In this document: positions 1-9,195 of the stretch, in pieces | Layout: every line of letters starts with the position of its first letter | Numbering within the stretch: the first letter of the stretch is position 1 | NCBI RefSeq assembly: GCF_000008645.1 | Contig: NC_000916.1 | Location: 1,020,001 to 1,052,000, forward strand | DNA: 32,000 nt | Direction: 5' to 3' | Source of the DNA: Methanothermobacter thermautotrophicus str. Delta H | Lineage (GTDB): Archaea; Methanobacteriota; Methanobacteria; Methanobacteriales; Methanothermobacteraceae | Program-made: the position numbers and the translations under genes | The notes under the pieces: generated by a model | Told to the model about the DNA's origin: nothing | The model's input: only the letters and a program-made list of their open reading frames with translations | Database searches by the model: none

Positions 1-169
1 ATTCATCATAATCTATGATTATCTTTGCCATTTTTGATTCTCCCTTAAAATTCCATGTAAATTTAATTGTTAGGATTATGATTTCATCCCTTATAACCAT
101 TATACGTTGTAGTACAGAGTTCTGATGAATTAATACATCTGCTGTGTATTTAAGGAAGTTCCTACTATG

Positions 170-177
170 TATATAAA
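170..177 (+). promoter_or_regulatory. candidate archaeal TATA box upstream of pycB
   Basis: TATATAAA at 170-177 in an AT-rich stretch, about 30 nt before the ATG at 208. The position fits a short-leader archaeal promoter. Pattern only. Confidence 0.3.
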
Positions 178-207
178 GAATCTAATTGATCTCATGAGAG
201 GGTCACG

Positions 208-1914
208 ATGAAAGGGATAAAGGTCGTTGAAACAGCATTCAGGGATGCGCACCAGTCACTTCTTGCAACACGCCTCCGTACCCGTGACATGACACCCATC
301 GCAGAGGAAATGGACCGGGTGGGTTTCTTCTCACTGGAGGCATGGGGCGGTGCAACCTTCGATACCTGCATACGCTACCTGAATGAGGATCCATGGGAGA
401 GGCTACGGGAACTTAAGGAACACGTGAAAAGGACGCCGATACAGATGCTCCTCAGGGGCCAGAACCTTGTGGGGTACAAGCACTACCCCGATGACATAGT
501 GAGGAAGTTCATTGAGAAGTCCTATGAAAACGGCGTTGATGTCTTCAGGATATTCGACGCCCTCAATGACATAAGGAACATGGAGTACGCCATAAAGGTC
601 GCCAGGGAACAGGAAGCCCATGTGCAGGGAGTCATCTGCTACACCATCAGCCCTTATCACACCCTTGAGAGTTATGTGGACTTTGCAAGGGAACTGGAGG
701 CCCTTGAATGTGACTCCGTTGCAATAAAGGACATGGCAGGCCTAATATCTCCACATGATGCCTACGAACTCGTGAGGGCCCTCAAGGAAGAGACCGACCT
801 CATGGTGAACCTTCACTGCCACTGCACAAGTGGAATGACACCCATGAGCTACTATGCCGCCTGTGAGGCCGGCGTTGATATACTTGATACCGCCATATCA
901 CCCCTATCCTGGGGTGCCTCCCAGCCACCCACAGAGAGCATTGTGGCTGCACTCCGGGACACACCCTACGACACGGGCCTTGACCTTGAGATCCTGAAGA
1001 ACATCAAGAAGTACTTCGAGGAGATCCGGAAGAAGTACAGCAGCATCCTCGACCCCATAGCCGAGCAGATCGACACAGACGTCCTCATATACCAGATACC
1101 CGGGGGTATGCTGTCAAACCTTGTTGCGCAGCTCAAGGAGCAGAACGCCCTGGACCGCTATGAGGAGGTCCTCGAGGAGATGCCCCGGGTGAGGAAGGAT
1201 ATGGGTTACCCTCCCCTTGTAACCCCAACCAGTCAGATAGTCGGTATACAGGCCGTTATGAACGTCCTGAGCGGTGAGAGGTACAGCATGGTCACCAATG
1301 AGGTGAAGGACTACTTCCGGGGACTCTACGGCAGACCCCCTGCCCCATTAAATGAGGAGGTCGCAAGGAAGGTCATCGGAGATGAGAAACCCATCGACTG
1401 CAGACCAGCGGACATCCTCAAACCCCAGTATGATGAGTGCAGGAGGAAGGGTGAGGAGATGGGCATAATAGAGAAGGAGGAGGACATACTGACCCTCGCC
1501 CTCTACCCTGCCATTGCACCTAAATTCCTGAGGGGTGAAATCGAGGAGGAGCCCCTGGAGCCCCCGGCAGAGGAGATGGCCCCGACAGGTGAGGTGCCAA
1601 CCGTCTTCCACGTGGAGGTCGATGGTGACGAGTTCGAGGTCAAGGTGGTCCCCACAGGCTACATGACCATCGAGGAAGCTGAACCCGAACCGGTGGATGT
1701 TGAGGGTGCAGTTAAGTCCACCATGCAGGGCATGGTTGTGAAGCTCAAGGTCAGTGAGGGCGACCAGGTGAATGCCGGGGACGTTGTCGCGGTTGTTGAA
1801 GCCATGAAGATGGAGAACGATATCCAGACACCCCACGGTGGTGTTGTTGAGAAGATATACACCGCTGAGGGTGAAAAGGTTGAGACCGGCGACATAATCA
1901 TGGTCATAAAATAA
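208..1914 (+). CDS. pycB: pyruvate carboxylase subunit B (carboxyltransferase domain plus C-terminal biotinyl domain)
   Basis: 568-aa ORF. N-terminal carboxyltransferase TIM-barrel motifs (VETAFRDAHQSLLATR, GVDVFRIFDALND). C-terminal biotin attachment motif EAMKMEN. Size and architecture match archaeal PycB / oxaloacetate decarboxylase alpha family. Confidence 0.9.
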   Translation: MKGIKVVETAFRDAHQSLLATRLRTRDMTPIAEEMDRVGFFSLEAWGGATFDTCIRYLNEDPWERLRELKEHVKRTPIQMLLRGQNLVGYKHYPDDIVRKFIEKSYENGVDVFRIFDALNDIRNMEYAIKVAREQEAHVQGVICYTISPYHTLESYVDFARELEALECDSVAIKDMAGLISPHDAYELVRALKEETDLMVNLHCHCTSGMTPMSYYAACEAGVDILDTAISPLSWGASQPPTESIVAALRDTPYDTGLDLEILKNIKKYFEEIRKKYSSILDPIAEQIDTDVLIYQIPGGMLSNLVAQLKEQNALDRYEEVLEEMPRVRKDMGYPPLVTPTSQIVGIQAVMNVLSGERYSMVTNEVKDYFRGLYGRPPAPLNEEVARKVIGDEKPIDCRPADILKPQYDECRRKGEEMGIIEKEEDILTLALYPAIAPKFLRGEIEEEPLEPPAEEMAPTGEVPTVFHVEVDGDEFEVKVVPTGYMTIEEAEPEPVDVEGAVKSTMQGMVVKLKVSEGDQVNAGDVVAVVEAMKMENDIQTPHGGVVEKIYTAEGEKVETGDIIMVIK

Positions 1915-2073
1915 AAACCTTCTTTTATATTCTGCCTCTAGTCCGGGACCGTTAAATATATGATTCAGGCCTCAACCATTCCTCTGAAAGAAGCCTGTTT
2001 TCATTATTTTTTTCACTGCGGATTTTACTGGATCAGACAAAAAATAGAATAGGGTTATGGGGCCGCTGTCGAA

Positions 2074-2742
2074 CTATTCACGGTACTCTGTGGGATCATC
2101 AATACCTGCAAGCTCAAAGGCCCTTCTCCTCCTCATGCAGGACTCGCAGACGCCACAGTGGACCCTGTCTCCAGCGTAGCATGAGTAGGTTAACTCGAAT
2201 GGTAGCCCCACTTCATGGCCTGCCTCCACTATCTCCCTTTTGGTCATACCAATCACCGGTGCCACCACACGAACACCATCCAGGGTCCCTATCTCCAGGA
2301 GCCTGTTGAATGCATCAAGGAACTCCTCTGAGTTATCAGGGAAGGTCTCAGCCTCCTCCAGGTCCCAGCCAACTATAACCGCACCGGCATCCATGGCCTC
2401 GGCGAAGGAGACCCCTATGGAGGTGAATACCAGGTTCCTCCCCGGTACCCAGACCTTCCTGGCTGTCTCAAGGCACTCGACGGTGTCATCAAGGTTCGAT
2501 GGGGATGGTATGTCCCCTCCAGCCGTGAGCACTGAGCCCCCGAGTCTTCCAAGCCACTGGAGGTCCAGTGTGGTGTGTTCGATGCCGAGGTGCTCTGATA
2601 GTCTCCTCGCATATTCCAGCTCCATCCTGGCACTCCTCTGACCGTAATCAAAGGTTATGGCATGGATCTCATATTCATCCATCATGAGTGCCGTTGCAAC
2701 TGCCGAGTCCATACCCCCTGAGAGTATGCTTATTGCCCTCAT
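2074..2742 (-). CDS. queC: 7-cyano-7-deazaguanine synthase QueC (archaeosine/preQ0 pathway)
   Basis: 222 aa. N-terminal PP-loop SGGMDS. C-terminal Zn-cysteine cluster SCY..HCGVCESCMRRRRAF typical of QueC. Start overlaps the larC stop by ATGA (2739-2742). Confidence 0.85.
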   Translation of the reverse strand: MRAISILSGGMDSAVATALMMDEYEIHAITFDYGQRSARMELEYARRLSEHLGIEHTTLDLQWLGRLGGSVLTAGGDIPSPSNLDDTVECLETARKVWVPGRNLVFTSIGVSFAEAMDAGAVIVGWDLEEAETFPDNSEEFLDAFNRLLEIGTLDGVRVVAPVIGMTKREIVEAGHEVGLPFELTYSCYAGDRVHCGVCESCMRRRRAFELAGIDDPTEYRE

Positions 2743-3974
2743 TTCAGGCCTCCGCTACCATCATTCTCCTGATCCGCCTTGAATTTAAGGTCTCTGAACT
2801 GTTTCTCAGACATTTCAATAACATCCCTGAGTGGTATTCCTGTCTCAAGTGATATCCTCCGGGCATCCTCGTATTCTATCCGTGCATTTACGACCCTTGA
2901 GCCCATGAGGCCAACCTTGAACCTTGCCGTCCTGCGGCCCTTGATATCAACCTCGGCCTCCATGATCCTCCTCTCAAGGACTCCCCTGTGGACCTGGGGG
3001 AATATCCTCACACCCAGGGTCCCTGTCTCTGAGAAGAGGTGCTCAAGGATCCTCTCATACTCGTTTTCCCTGCAGATGACCCTTATAAGCTGTCCTGGTC
3101 TGTTCTTCTTCATTATGACCGGCGTGAGGGTCACATCCAGCGCCCCGGCTTCCAGGAGCCTCTCGAAAATGTTTCCGAGGACCTCGCCGCTCAGGTGGTC
3201 CACGTTGGTCTCAAGGAGCGTGACAGTGTCATGGGGTACCTGCCCTGAGCCCCTTACTATCCTCAGTATGTTGGGGAATTCAGGGTCCATGCTCCCGGCC
3301 CCGTAGCCTGTGGCCTGGATCTCCATTGGTGGGAAGAACCTGCGGTGCTCCCGCACCATGTTCACGAGGAGGGCCGAACCGGTGGGTGTGGCAAGTTCAA
3401 CCCCGGATGGTCCCCCTGTGACAGGGAATCCCCTGAGTATCTCGGTTGTGGCGGGTGCAGGGACCGGTGTGAGGCCATGGGCACCCCTCACCAGTCCCCC
3501 TCCGACTGCAACCGGGAGGGTGTAGACCTCATCCCTGTGGAGGTTGAGGTCGAAGTATGCGAACACCGCCCCCATGACATCTGCAACCGCATCCGCGGCG
3601 CCGACCTCATGGAAGTGAACTTCATCCAGTTTCACTCCATGGACAGAGGCCTCTGCCTGGGCTATGGTGTGGAAGACGGCCCTTGCCATTGATAGCATCT
3701 CATCATCCAGGGCAGGGTGGCTGATCCCCTCAAGGAGTCTGAGGAACTCCAGGTAGCCCACACTGAGTGATTCGTCAGCCCTCACATCAACGTATGTGGC
3801 CCTGAGGCCCGCCCTTTTAACCTCAGATACACTCACATCAGCACCGCCGAAGTGGGACGCCGCATCCTCCATGACCTCAGCTGTCCTCTCGGGGTGGGCC
3901 CCGAGGTCTATGAGGGCGCCCACCATCATGTTACCTGATACCCCTGCCAGCTGGGGGTCTATGACTGTTACCAT
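2739..3974 (-). CDS. larC: LarC-family nickel insertion protein (DUF111; pyridinium-3,5-bisthiocarboxylate mononucleotide nickel chelatase-like)
   Basis: Family motifs are present: DPQLAGVSGNMMVGALIDLGA, HFHEVGAADAVADVMG, LTPVPAPATTEIL, ELATPTGSALL. I prefer the ATG at 3974 (GGTG 7 nt upstream) over the GTG at 3995 used by the ORF track. Confidence 0.8.
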   Translation of the reverse strand: MVTVIDPQLAGVSGNMMVGALIDLGAHPERTAEVMEDAASHFGGADVSVSEVKRAGLRATYVDVRADESLSVGYLEFLRLLEGISHPALDDEMLSMARAVFHTIAQAEASVHGVKLDEVHFHEVGAADAVADVMGAVFAYFDLNLHRDEVYTLPVAVGGGLVRGAHGLTPVPAPATTEILRGFPVTGGPSGVELATPTGSALLVNMVREHRRFFPPMEIQATGYGAGSMDPEFPNILRIVRGSGQVPHDTVTLLETNVDHLSGEVLGNIFERLLEAGALDVTLTPVIMKKNRPGQLIRVICRENEYERILEHLFSETGTLGVRIFPQVHRGVLERRIMEAEVDIKGRRTARFKVGLMGSRVVNARIEYEDARRISLETGIPLRDVIEMSEKQFRDLKFKADQENDGSGGLK

Positions 3975-3994
3975 CCGAGCACCGCTTATATTCA

Positions 3995-4321
3995 CTAGGG
4001 TGAGTTGACTATTATCCTTCTTATGGGTATCTCTATTATGGTGTACTTCTCACTGGCCAGTTCCTCACCGAACCTGTTTACGATTGGTTCAACGAGTTCC
4101 TCATCAACCACCGAGCATATGAGGACTGCGTCCCTTGCATAGTCGTGTATCAGTGAAATGGCTGATTCAGGGTCCTCCTTGACTGAGAATCCCTTCCACT
4201 CTGTCGGGGAGACGCCCTTGTACTCCACTATGTAGAAGCCTGTGACGCCCTCATCTGCCAGTATGTTCATGACACGGCCCAGGTTCTCGACCTCAATGAA
4301 TACCCGTAGATGCACCTTCAT
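3995..4321 (-). CDS. small uncharacterised protein with P-II-like (beta-alpha-beta) pattern
   Basis: The conserved-looking part starts at [36 protein letters not shown], a beta1-alpha1-beta2 layout reminiscent of GlnB/P-II-like folds. The 61 upstream codons of the track ORF are low-complexity and cross the divergent promoter region. Stop TAG 3995-3997 lies about 20 nt from the larC ATG. Fold assignment is by eye only. Confidence 0.4.
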   Translation of the reverse strand: MKVHLRVFIEVENLGRVMNILADEGVTGFYIVEYKGVSPTEWKGFSVKEDPESAISLIHDYARDAVLICSVVDEELVEPIVNRFGEELASEKYTIIEIPIRRIIVNSP

Positions 4322-4432
4322 TAATATCACCATACATAGATATGTGCTGTGTAGATAATAAATCTGATGAGGGTGTAAACTCCAGCAGCTGAGAACTGCC
4401 GGTATCATAAGAGCTGTCACAGCTGGTGGCGT

Positions 4433-5284
4433 ATGTTGAAGGTGAATCACTTGAAGAAGAAAATGAATGTTAACGGTGCAGAGATTGTGGTTGAAGAGGA
4501 TCATGTAACTGTGAGTGCAGATTCAGGCCTTGTTACTGCAGATTCAAGCATCAGAATTGAGGACGAGGTCCATCATGACCTCCCCCGGGGCCACTGCATG
4601 GTGAGGGATGGTGATGCGGTGGCATTCTCATCCACAGGGGATGTGATGGACGTCCTGGTGGTCGTCGGGGAGCCCTGCGGTGACCGGATACCTGAAGCCC
4701 TGAGGATCAGTGTGGAGGAGGTATCATCGACCGCCGGGATCCTCACTGAGATAATGGGGCAGCGGTTGAGGGTCGTGGCACTCCCGGGTGATGGACGGCC
4801 CTGTGAAGATTACATAAGGGGGGCTGTCAGGCGCTCCCTTCAGGGTGTGCTCCTGGATGGCCCGGGGGTTGAGGAGCTCCTTGAGGCCCGCGGCGTCACC
4901 ATTGATGGCATGGTCGATGCGGGTATGGATCTGGTGGTGGGTGTTGATGTCACCGCCGAGCTCCGGGACCGTCTCAGGTCAGAGATTCAGAGGGCACTGG
5001 GGGACCTCAATGTCAGGGCCCTCCTTGCAGCCGCCCTGCACCTTGAGGGGGACATAGAAAACCTGAGGATCCTCGGTGTGGATCTGAGGGATGACCCTGC
5101 CTTCCTCTACAGTGATGAGGTCCTGGGGATGGCGGTTGCCAACCAGGTGGCAGGTACGAAGGCCATATTCAACTTCAAGAGATATGATGAGGAAAAACCC
5201 GGTATCCTCGGGGAACTGGGCCCCATGGTGGATGATGCCGTTGCGGGTCTCATAGCCGGGTGCATGTCACGCCTCTTCGAATGA
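4433..5284 (+). CDS. putative alpha-ribazole-5'-phosphate phosphatase, CobZ-like (PgpA-like C-terminus)
   Basis: 283 aa. The C-terminal [20 protein letters not shown] resembles the DD..AG motif of the PgpA/CobZ family. It lies directly upstream of cobS in the same orientation. GGTGG RBS before ATG 4433. Assignment rests on memory of the family plus context. Confidence 0.45.
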   Translation: MLKVNHLKKKMNVNGAEIVVEEDHVTVSADSGLVTADSSIRIEDEVHHDLPRGHCMVRDGDAVAFSSTGDVMDVLVVVGEPCGDRIPEALRISVEEVSSTAGILTEIMGQRLRVVALPGDGRPCEDYIRGAVRRSLQGVLLDGPGVEELLEARGVTIDGMVDAGMDLVVGVDVTAELRDRLRSEIQRALGDLNVRALLAAALHLEGDIENLRILGVDLRDDPAFLYSDEVLGMAVANQVAGTKAIFNFKRYDEEKPGILGELGPMVDDAVAGLIAGCMSRLFE

Positions 5285-5383
5285 TGGGGGTAGACCTGTG
5301 AGGACAGCAAGATCCGCCAGAACCCTGTTTACACCACTCCCCTCACCACAGACAGAAAGATCCGCCTGCGAGGGGGGTGCCTG

Positions 5384-6133
5384 ATGAACGTCACCGGCAA
5401 ACTCAGGGGACTCATATCCTTCTCAACGGTTCTGCCCCTGAAATCAGAGGCCAGCATTGAGGATATAGCTTCACTCACACTCCACTGGCCCCTTGTGGGC
5501 GCCCTCATAGGGGTTGCAGTGGGTTCAGCCGGGGTGGCTGCATCCCTAGTGTTCCCGGGGGCGGTTGTTGCCTGTGTTGCCTATGGATTCGCCATCTGGT
5601 TCACAGGTTTCCACCACCTCGATGGCCTCATAGATATGGGTGACGCCCTCATGTCCCATGGAAGCTTTGAGAGGAAGATAGAGATAATGAGGGATCCCAG
5701 GATAGGCACAGGTGGCCTTGGACTTCTGCTCATCGTATCATCAACCACCATAGCAGCCATCTATTCCCTTCCACAGGGTGTCCTGTTCCAGGGACTCCTC
5801 ATAGGGGAGGTCTCGGCCAAGGTGTGCCTCACGGGCTGCGCCCGGGTATCCAGGCCCCTCGATGGTGGGACCGGGAGGCACTTCATAATGGCGAGTAGAA
5901 GCCCCTTCACCGGCATGGTCTGGATCTTCTGGGCCGTTGCAGCATACCTCCTGGCGGGGGTTCCCGGTGCTGTTAGTGTTGCTGTTGCTGTCCTCTCAGG
6001 AGTCTTCATTGGTCTTGTTGCCAGGAGGAACTTCTACTGGAGCACGGGTGACGTGCTGGGGGCCTCGAATGAGGTGGGGAGGATGATGTCACTTCTGGGC
6101 CTCCTTGCGGCCATCAGATTAACGGGGCTGTAG
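5384..6133 (+). CDS. cobS: adenosylcobinamide-GDP ribazoletransferase (cobalamin-5'-phosphate synthase)
   Basis: 249-aa polytopic membrane protein with the CobS signature [25 protein letters not shown] upstream of the ATG. Confidence 0.85.
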
Positions 6134-6202
6134 GTAAAGGGGGTGCCCATCCAGCATGTGGAGAGTTTAATGGTATTTAATGATTCATTGGAGGTCAGTA
6201 TA

Positions 6203-6742
6203 ATGGATGTGAAGGTTTTGAGGCTTGGTCACAGACCATCAAGGGATGCGAGGATCACGACACACGTATGCCTCACTGCAAGGGCCTTCGGTGCCTCGGA
6301 GGTTATACTGAGTGGTGAGGAGGACCCTAAACTCATGGAGGGTGTTGAGGATGTTGTCAGGAGATGGGGTGGTCCCTTCAGTGTGGTCTACCGGAGGAAC
6401 TGGCAGGGTGTCATAGACTCCTGGAAGAAGGATGGTGGGGAGGTCATACACCTCACCATGTACGGTTTACCTGCCAGGGACGTTGTGCCCGGGATAATGG
6501 ATAACGGCAAGGACAAGCTCATTGTGGTGGGGGGTGCAAGGGTCCCCGGGAAGGTCTACAGCCTTGCAGACTACAACGTGGGGGTGACCAATCAGCCCCA
6601 CTCTGAGGTCTCCTCCCTGGCGGTGTTCATGCACATGCTCCTTGATGGGGCTGAATTCGACCTTAAATTTGAGGATGCCAGGATAGAGGTCATCCCCCAG
6701 GCCAGGGGTAAAATGCTCAGGGAGATCGATGATGGCGATTAA
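6203..6742 (+). CDS. trm56: tRNA (cytidine56-2'-O)-methyltransferase aTrm56 (SPOUT family)
   Basis: MDVKVLRLGHRPSRDARITTHVCLTARAFGA..., HLTMYG and ADYNVGVTNQPHSEVSSLAVF match archaeal aTrm56 closely. ATG 6203 has a GGAGGT RBS, so the track start at 6143 is rejected. Confidence 0.85.
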   Translation: MDVKVLRLGHRPSRDARITTHVCLTARAFGASEVILSGEEDPKLMEGVEDVVRRWGGPFSVVYRRNWQGVIDSWKKDGGEVIHLTMYGLPARDVVPGIMDNGKDKLIVVGGARVPGKVYSLADYNVGVTNQPHSEVSSLAVFMHMLLDGAEFDLKFEDARIEVIPQARGKMLREIDDGD

Positions 6743-6768
6743 CATGATAAGCTGTGGATGGAGAGAGG

Positions 6769-7401
6769 ATGATGCTGAGGGTGATTGATAACCTGATAGT
6801 CAGGGAGAAGCTCACCACCATAAGGTGCAGGGGGATAGACCCGGCCAGCTTCAGACGGGGAGTGACTGATATAGGTCGCTACATGGCCTACGAATTTGCA
6901 GACACCCTTAAATGGCGTGAGGTTGAGGTTGAAACCCCCCTGGGCACGGCCAGTGGTGTTGAGATAACCGACAGGGACAGGATAGTTCTTCTGAGCATCC
7001 TCAGGGCTTCACTGCCCTTCACAGAGGGTGTGATGAAGGTCTTCCCTGAGGCAGAACACGGTATTATCGGTGCGAGGAGGTCAGATGAGCCCCCATTCAG
7101 GGTCTCAATCGACTACATCAGGGTCCCTGAACTTGATGATAAGATACTGGTGATAGCGGACCCCATGCTAGCAACAGGGAACACCATGATAGGTATCCTG
7201 GAGGCCCTTGAGGCCCATGGCTCCCCTGCGAGGACGGTGGTCTTCAATATCATATCCTCCAGGATGGGCCTTGACAGGGTCCTTCAGAGGGGTATAGATG
7301 TCTACACATGCGGTGTTGAGGAGGAGGTTAACGATATGGGCTACATAGTCCCTGGACTCGGGGACGCAGGGGATCTGGCCTTCGGGAGGCCATCAGATTA
7401 G
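6769..7401 (+). CDS. upp: uracil phosphoribosyltransferase
   Basis: PRPP-binding loop VIADPMLATGNTM and C-terminal YIVPGLGDAGD. ATG 6769 is preceded by GGAGAGAGG. The track start at 6754 is a GTG. Confidence 0.85.
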   Translation: MMLRVIDNLIVREKLTTIRCRGIDPASFRRGVTDIGRYMAYEFADTLKWREVEVETPLGTASGVEITDRDRIVLLSILRASLPFTEGVMKVFPEAEHGIIGARRSDEPPFRVSIDYIRVPELDDKILVIADPMLATGNTMIGILEALEAHGSPARTVVFNIISSRMGLDRVLQRGIDVYTCGVEEEVNDMGYIVPGLGDAGDLAFGRPSD

Positions 7402-7502
7402 TCCGATCCGGGTTGCCGTTTGAGCCATACCCTTTAAAATCAGAGAAAAACCAGTTACTGGTGTTCACGACAGGGTCTGCTAGGGTGAAGGCAGGGATCA
7501 GG

Positions 7503-7998
7503 TCAATCATAGATGGATGTTCCCCTGGCAGCTGCGACGATGCCGGGTATGCCCTCAACCCTGAGTTCGAAGATGGCCTCCATGCCCTCCTCCTCAAAGG
7601 CGGCACCTGCTCGATTTAACCCTGCTTGTCAGCAGGGCCGCTGTGGGTGGTGTTACTATGAAGACTGCGCCGGCCTCCTTGAGGGCCCTGACAGTCTCAT
7701 CTCCAAGTTTTCCTTTGCCTATGTGGACAAGCACGCCCCTTGATGCAAGGTAGGGTATGCTTTCCTCTATGTCCTCCTTGTTGCTGCTTGTGGGGGCTAT
7801 GCCTGCTGGACTTACAGCTGTGTGCATTATGGCGGCGCCCATGACGTTGATGGGCTCCTCTCCCGCTTTCAGGGCCTTGACCAGTTTTGGGAGGGCTGCA
7901 TCCCTTCCCGTGTAGATGGTGCCATCCATGAGCACCCTGTCACCGACACTGAGTTTTGCTATCTCATCTCCGGTGGCTGGTAGTTCTATCCTTATCAT
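7503..7998 (-). CDS. class I fumarate hydratase beta subunit (FumA C-terminal-domain/TtdB family), reading frame disrupted near 7600-7610
   Basis: The N-terminal 134 aa (GDRVLMDGTIYTGRDAALPKL..., HIGKGKLG) stop at TGA 7594-7596. The expected C-terminus GAAFEEEGMEAIFELRVEGIPGIVAAARGTSIYD* continues in another frame to TGA 7503-7505. The total span of 496 nt is not a multiple of 3. Confidence 0.7.
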
Positions 7999-8019
7999 GG
8001 TATCAACCTCTGACCCGGG

Positions 8020-9111
8020 TTACTCCTCCCTCAACCTGATACCCTCAAGGTCCCTCAGCAGTAGTTCGATGTGCTCCTCCATTATATGGGGCATGAGAAC
8101 CACCCTTATGGCTGGCGGGCAGGATGAGACCGATACCGCCCATCCCAGCTCCTCGAGTCTGTCTGCAAGTTCATGTGGCCCCATGGCGGGGTGGTTGAAG
8201 GCCACTATGTTGAGTTCGGGTTCTACCACGAGCTGGTAGTCCAGTTCCACCAGTCCGTCCCTGAGTCTGCGTGTTACACCCATGACCCTCAGGGCGAGTT
8301 TGCGGTAGCCCTCACGGCCCATGTGTTTCATGATTGCCCAGGTTGCTGCGGCTGATGCCCCGGTCCTGGTGCCCACTATGGTTGACTGCTGCTTCTCTGT
8401 GAGGTAGGGTGTCTCTATACTCATGGCATCCAGGTAGGAGGCGTCCCTGAAGAGTATGCAGCCGCTGGGGATGGGGGCCAGGCCCATCTTGTGGGGATCC
8501 ACGGTTATTGATGAGACCCCCTGAAGTTTGAAATCAAATTCAGGTAGTTCAGCGCCGGTTTCCCTGAGGAAGGGTATTATGAAACCCCCGAATGCGGCGT
8601 CTATATGCAGGTGTATGTCCTCATCAAGGCAGATCTCTGAGAGTTCCTCCACAGGGTCTATCCTCCCGAGTTCTGTGGTCCCTGCGACTCCAACAACGGC
8701 CACGGTGTTTTCTGATATGAGTTTCCTCACAGATTCAACGTCCACCCTGTAGTCCTGGTCCAGTTCAGCCTCCCTGAGTCTGAGTCCCAGTATATCTGCG
8801 GCCTTTCTGAAGGAGAAATGGGCTGACTTCGGGACTATTATCTCAGGTTTTTCAGCTCCAGCCATGTTTCTGGCTGCCCTCATGGCCATGAGGTTTGCCT
8901 CGGTGCCCCCTGTTATTATGTGACCTGCTGCATCGGGTTCTGAGAGGAGCTCCCCGAGCATGCCTATCACCCCGGATTCCAGTTCCCTGGTGCCCCTGAA
9001 GAGCCCGGGGTCCCCCAGGTTGGACTCCAGGAAGTCACAGTAAACCCTCCTTGCGAGGGGGTGGGATGATGTGCACATGGATCCGAGGATTCTGCCTGAG
9101 GTGTAGGTCAT
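8020..9111 (-). CDS. mfnA: L-tyrosine/L-aspartate decarboxylase MfnA (PLP-dependent; methanofuran/CoA biosynthesis)
   Basis: 363 aa. Group II decarboxylase fold with the [10 protein letters not shown]-terminal motif and the PLP-lysine region [10 protein letters not shown]. Homology continues 5' of the ATG (see finding), so the true start may be ATG 9176. Confidence 0.85.
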   Translation of the reverse strand: MTYTSGRILGSMCTSSHPLARRVYCDFLESNLGDPGLFRGTRELESGVIGMLGELLSEPDAAGHIITGGTEANLMAMRAARNMAGAEKPEIIVPKSAHFSFRKAADILGLRLREAELDQDYRVDVESVRKLISENTVAVVGVAGTTELGRIDPVEELSEICLDEDIHLHIDAAFGGFIIPFLRETGAELPEFDFKLQGVSSITVDPHKMGLAPIPSGCILFRDASYLDAMSIETPYLTEKQQSTIVGTRTGASAAATWAIMKHMGREGYRKLALRVMGVTRRLRDGLVELDYQLVVEPELNIVAFNHPAMGPHELADRLEELGWAVSVSSCPPAIRVVLMPHIMEEHIELLLRDLEGIRLREE

Positions 9112-9195
9112 GTCCCTCCTCTGAAATTCGGCGAGAAGTTCAAGTACTTTTTCCTCGGGTAGACCCTTTCATCCATTTTTACGCCCAAAAATAGT

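Noticed and set aside
4322-4504. 61-codon N-terminal extension of the P-II-like ORF
   Set aside because: The extension is a His/Leu/Cys-rich odd composition. It crosses the divergent promoter region and overlaps the cobZ-like gene start. Conserved-looking sequence begins at MKVHL (4321), or possibly MVILMKVHL (4333).
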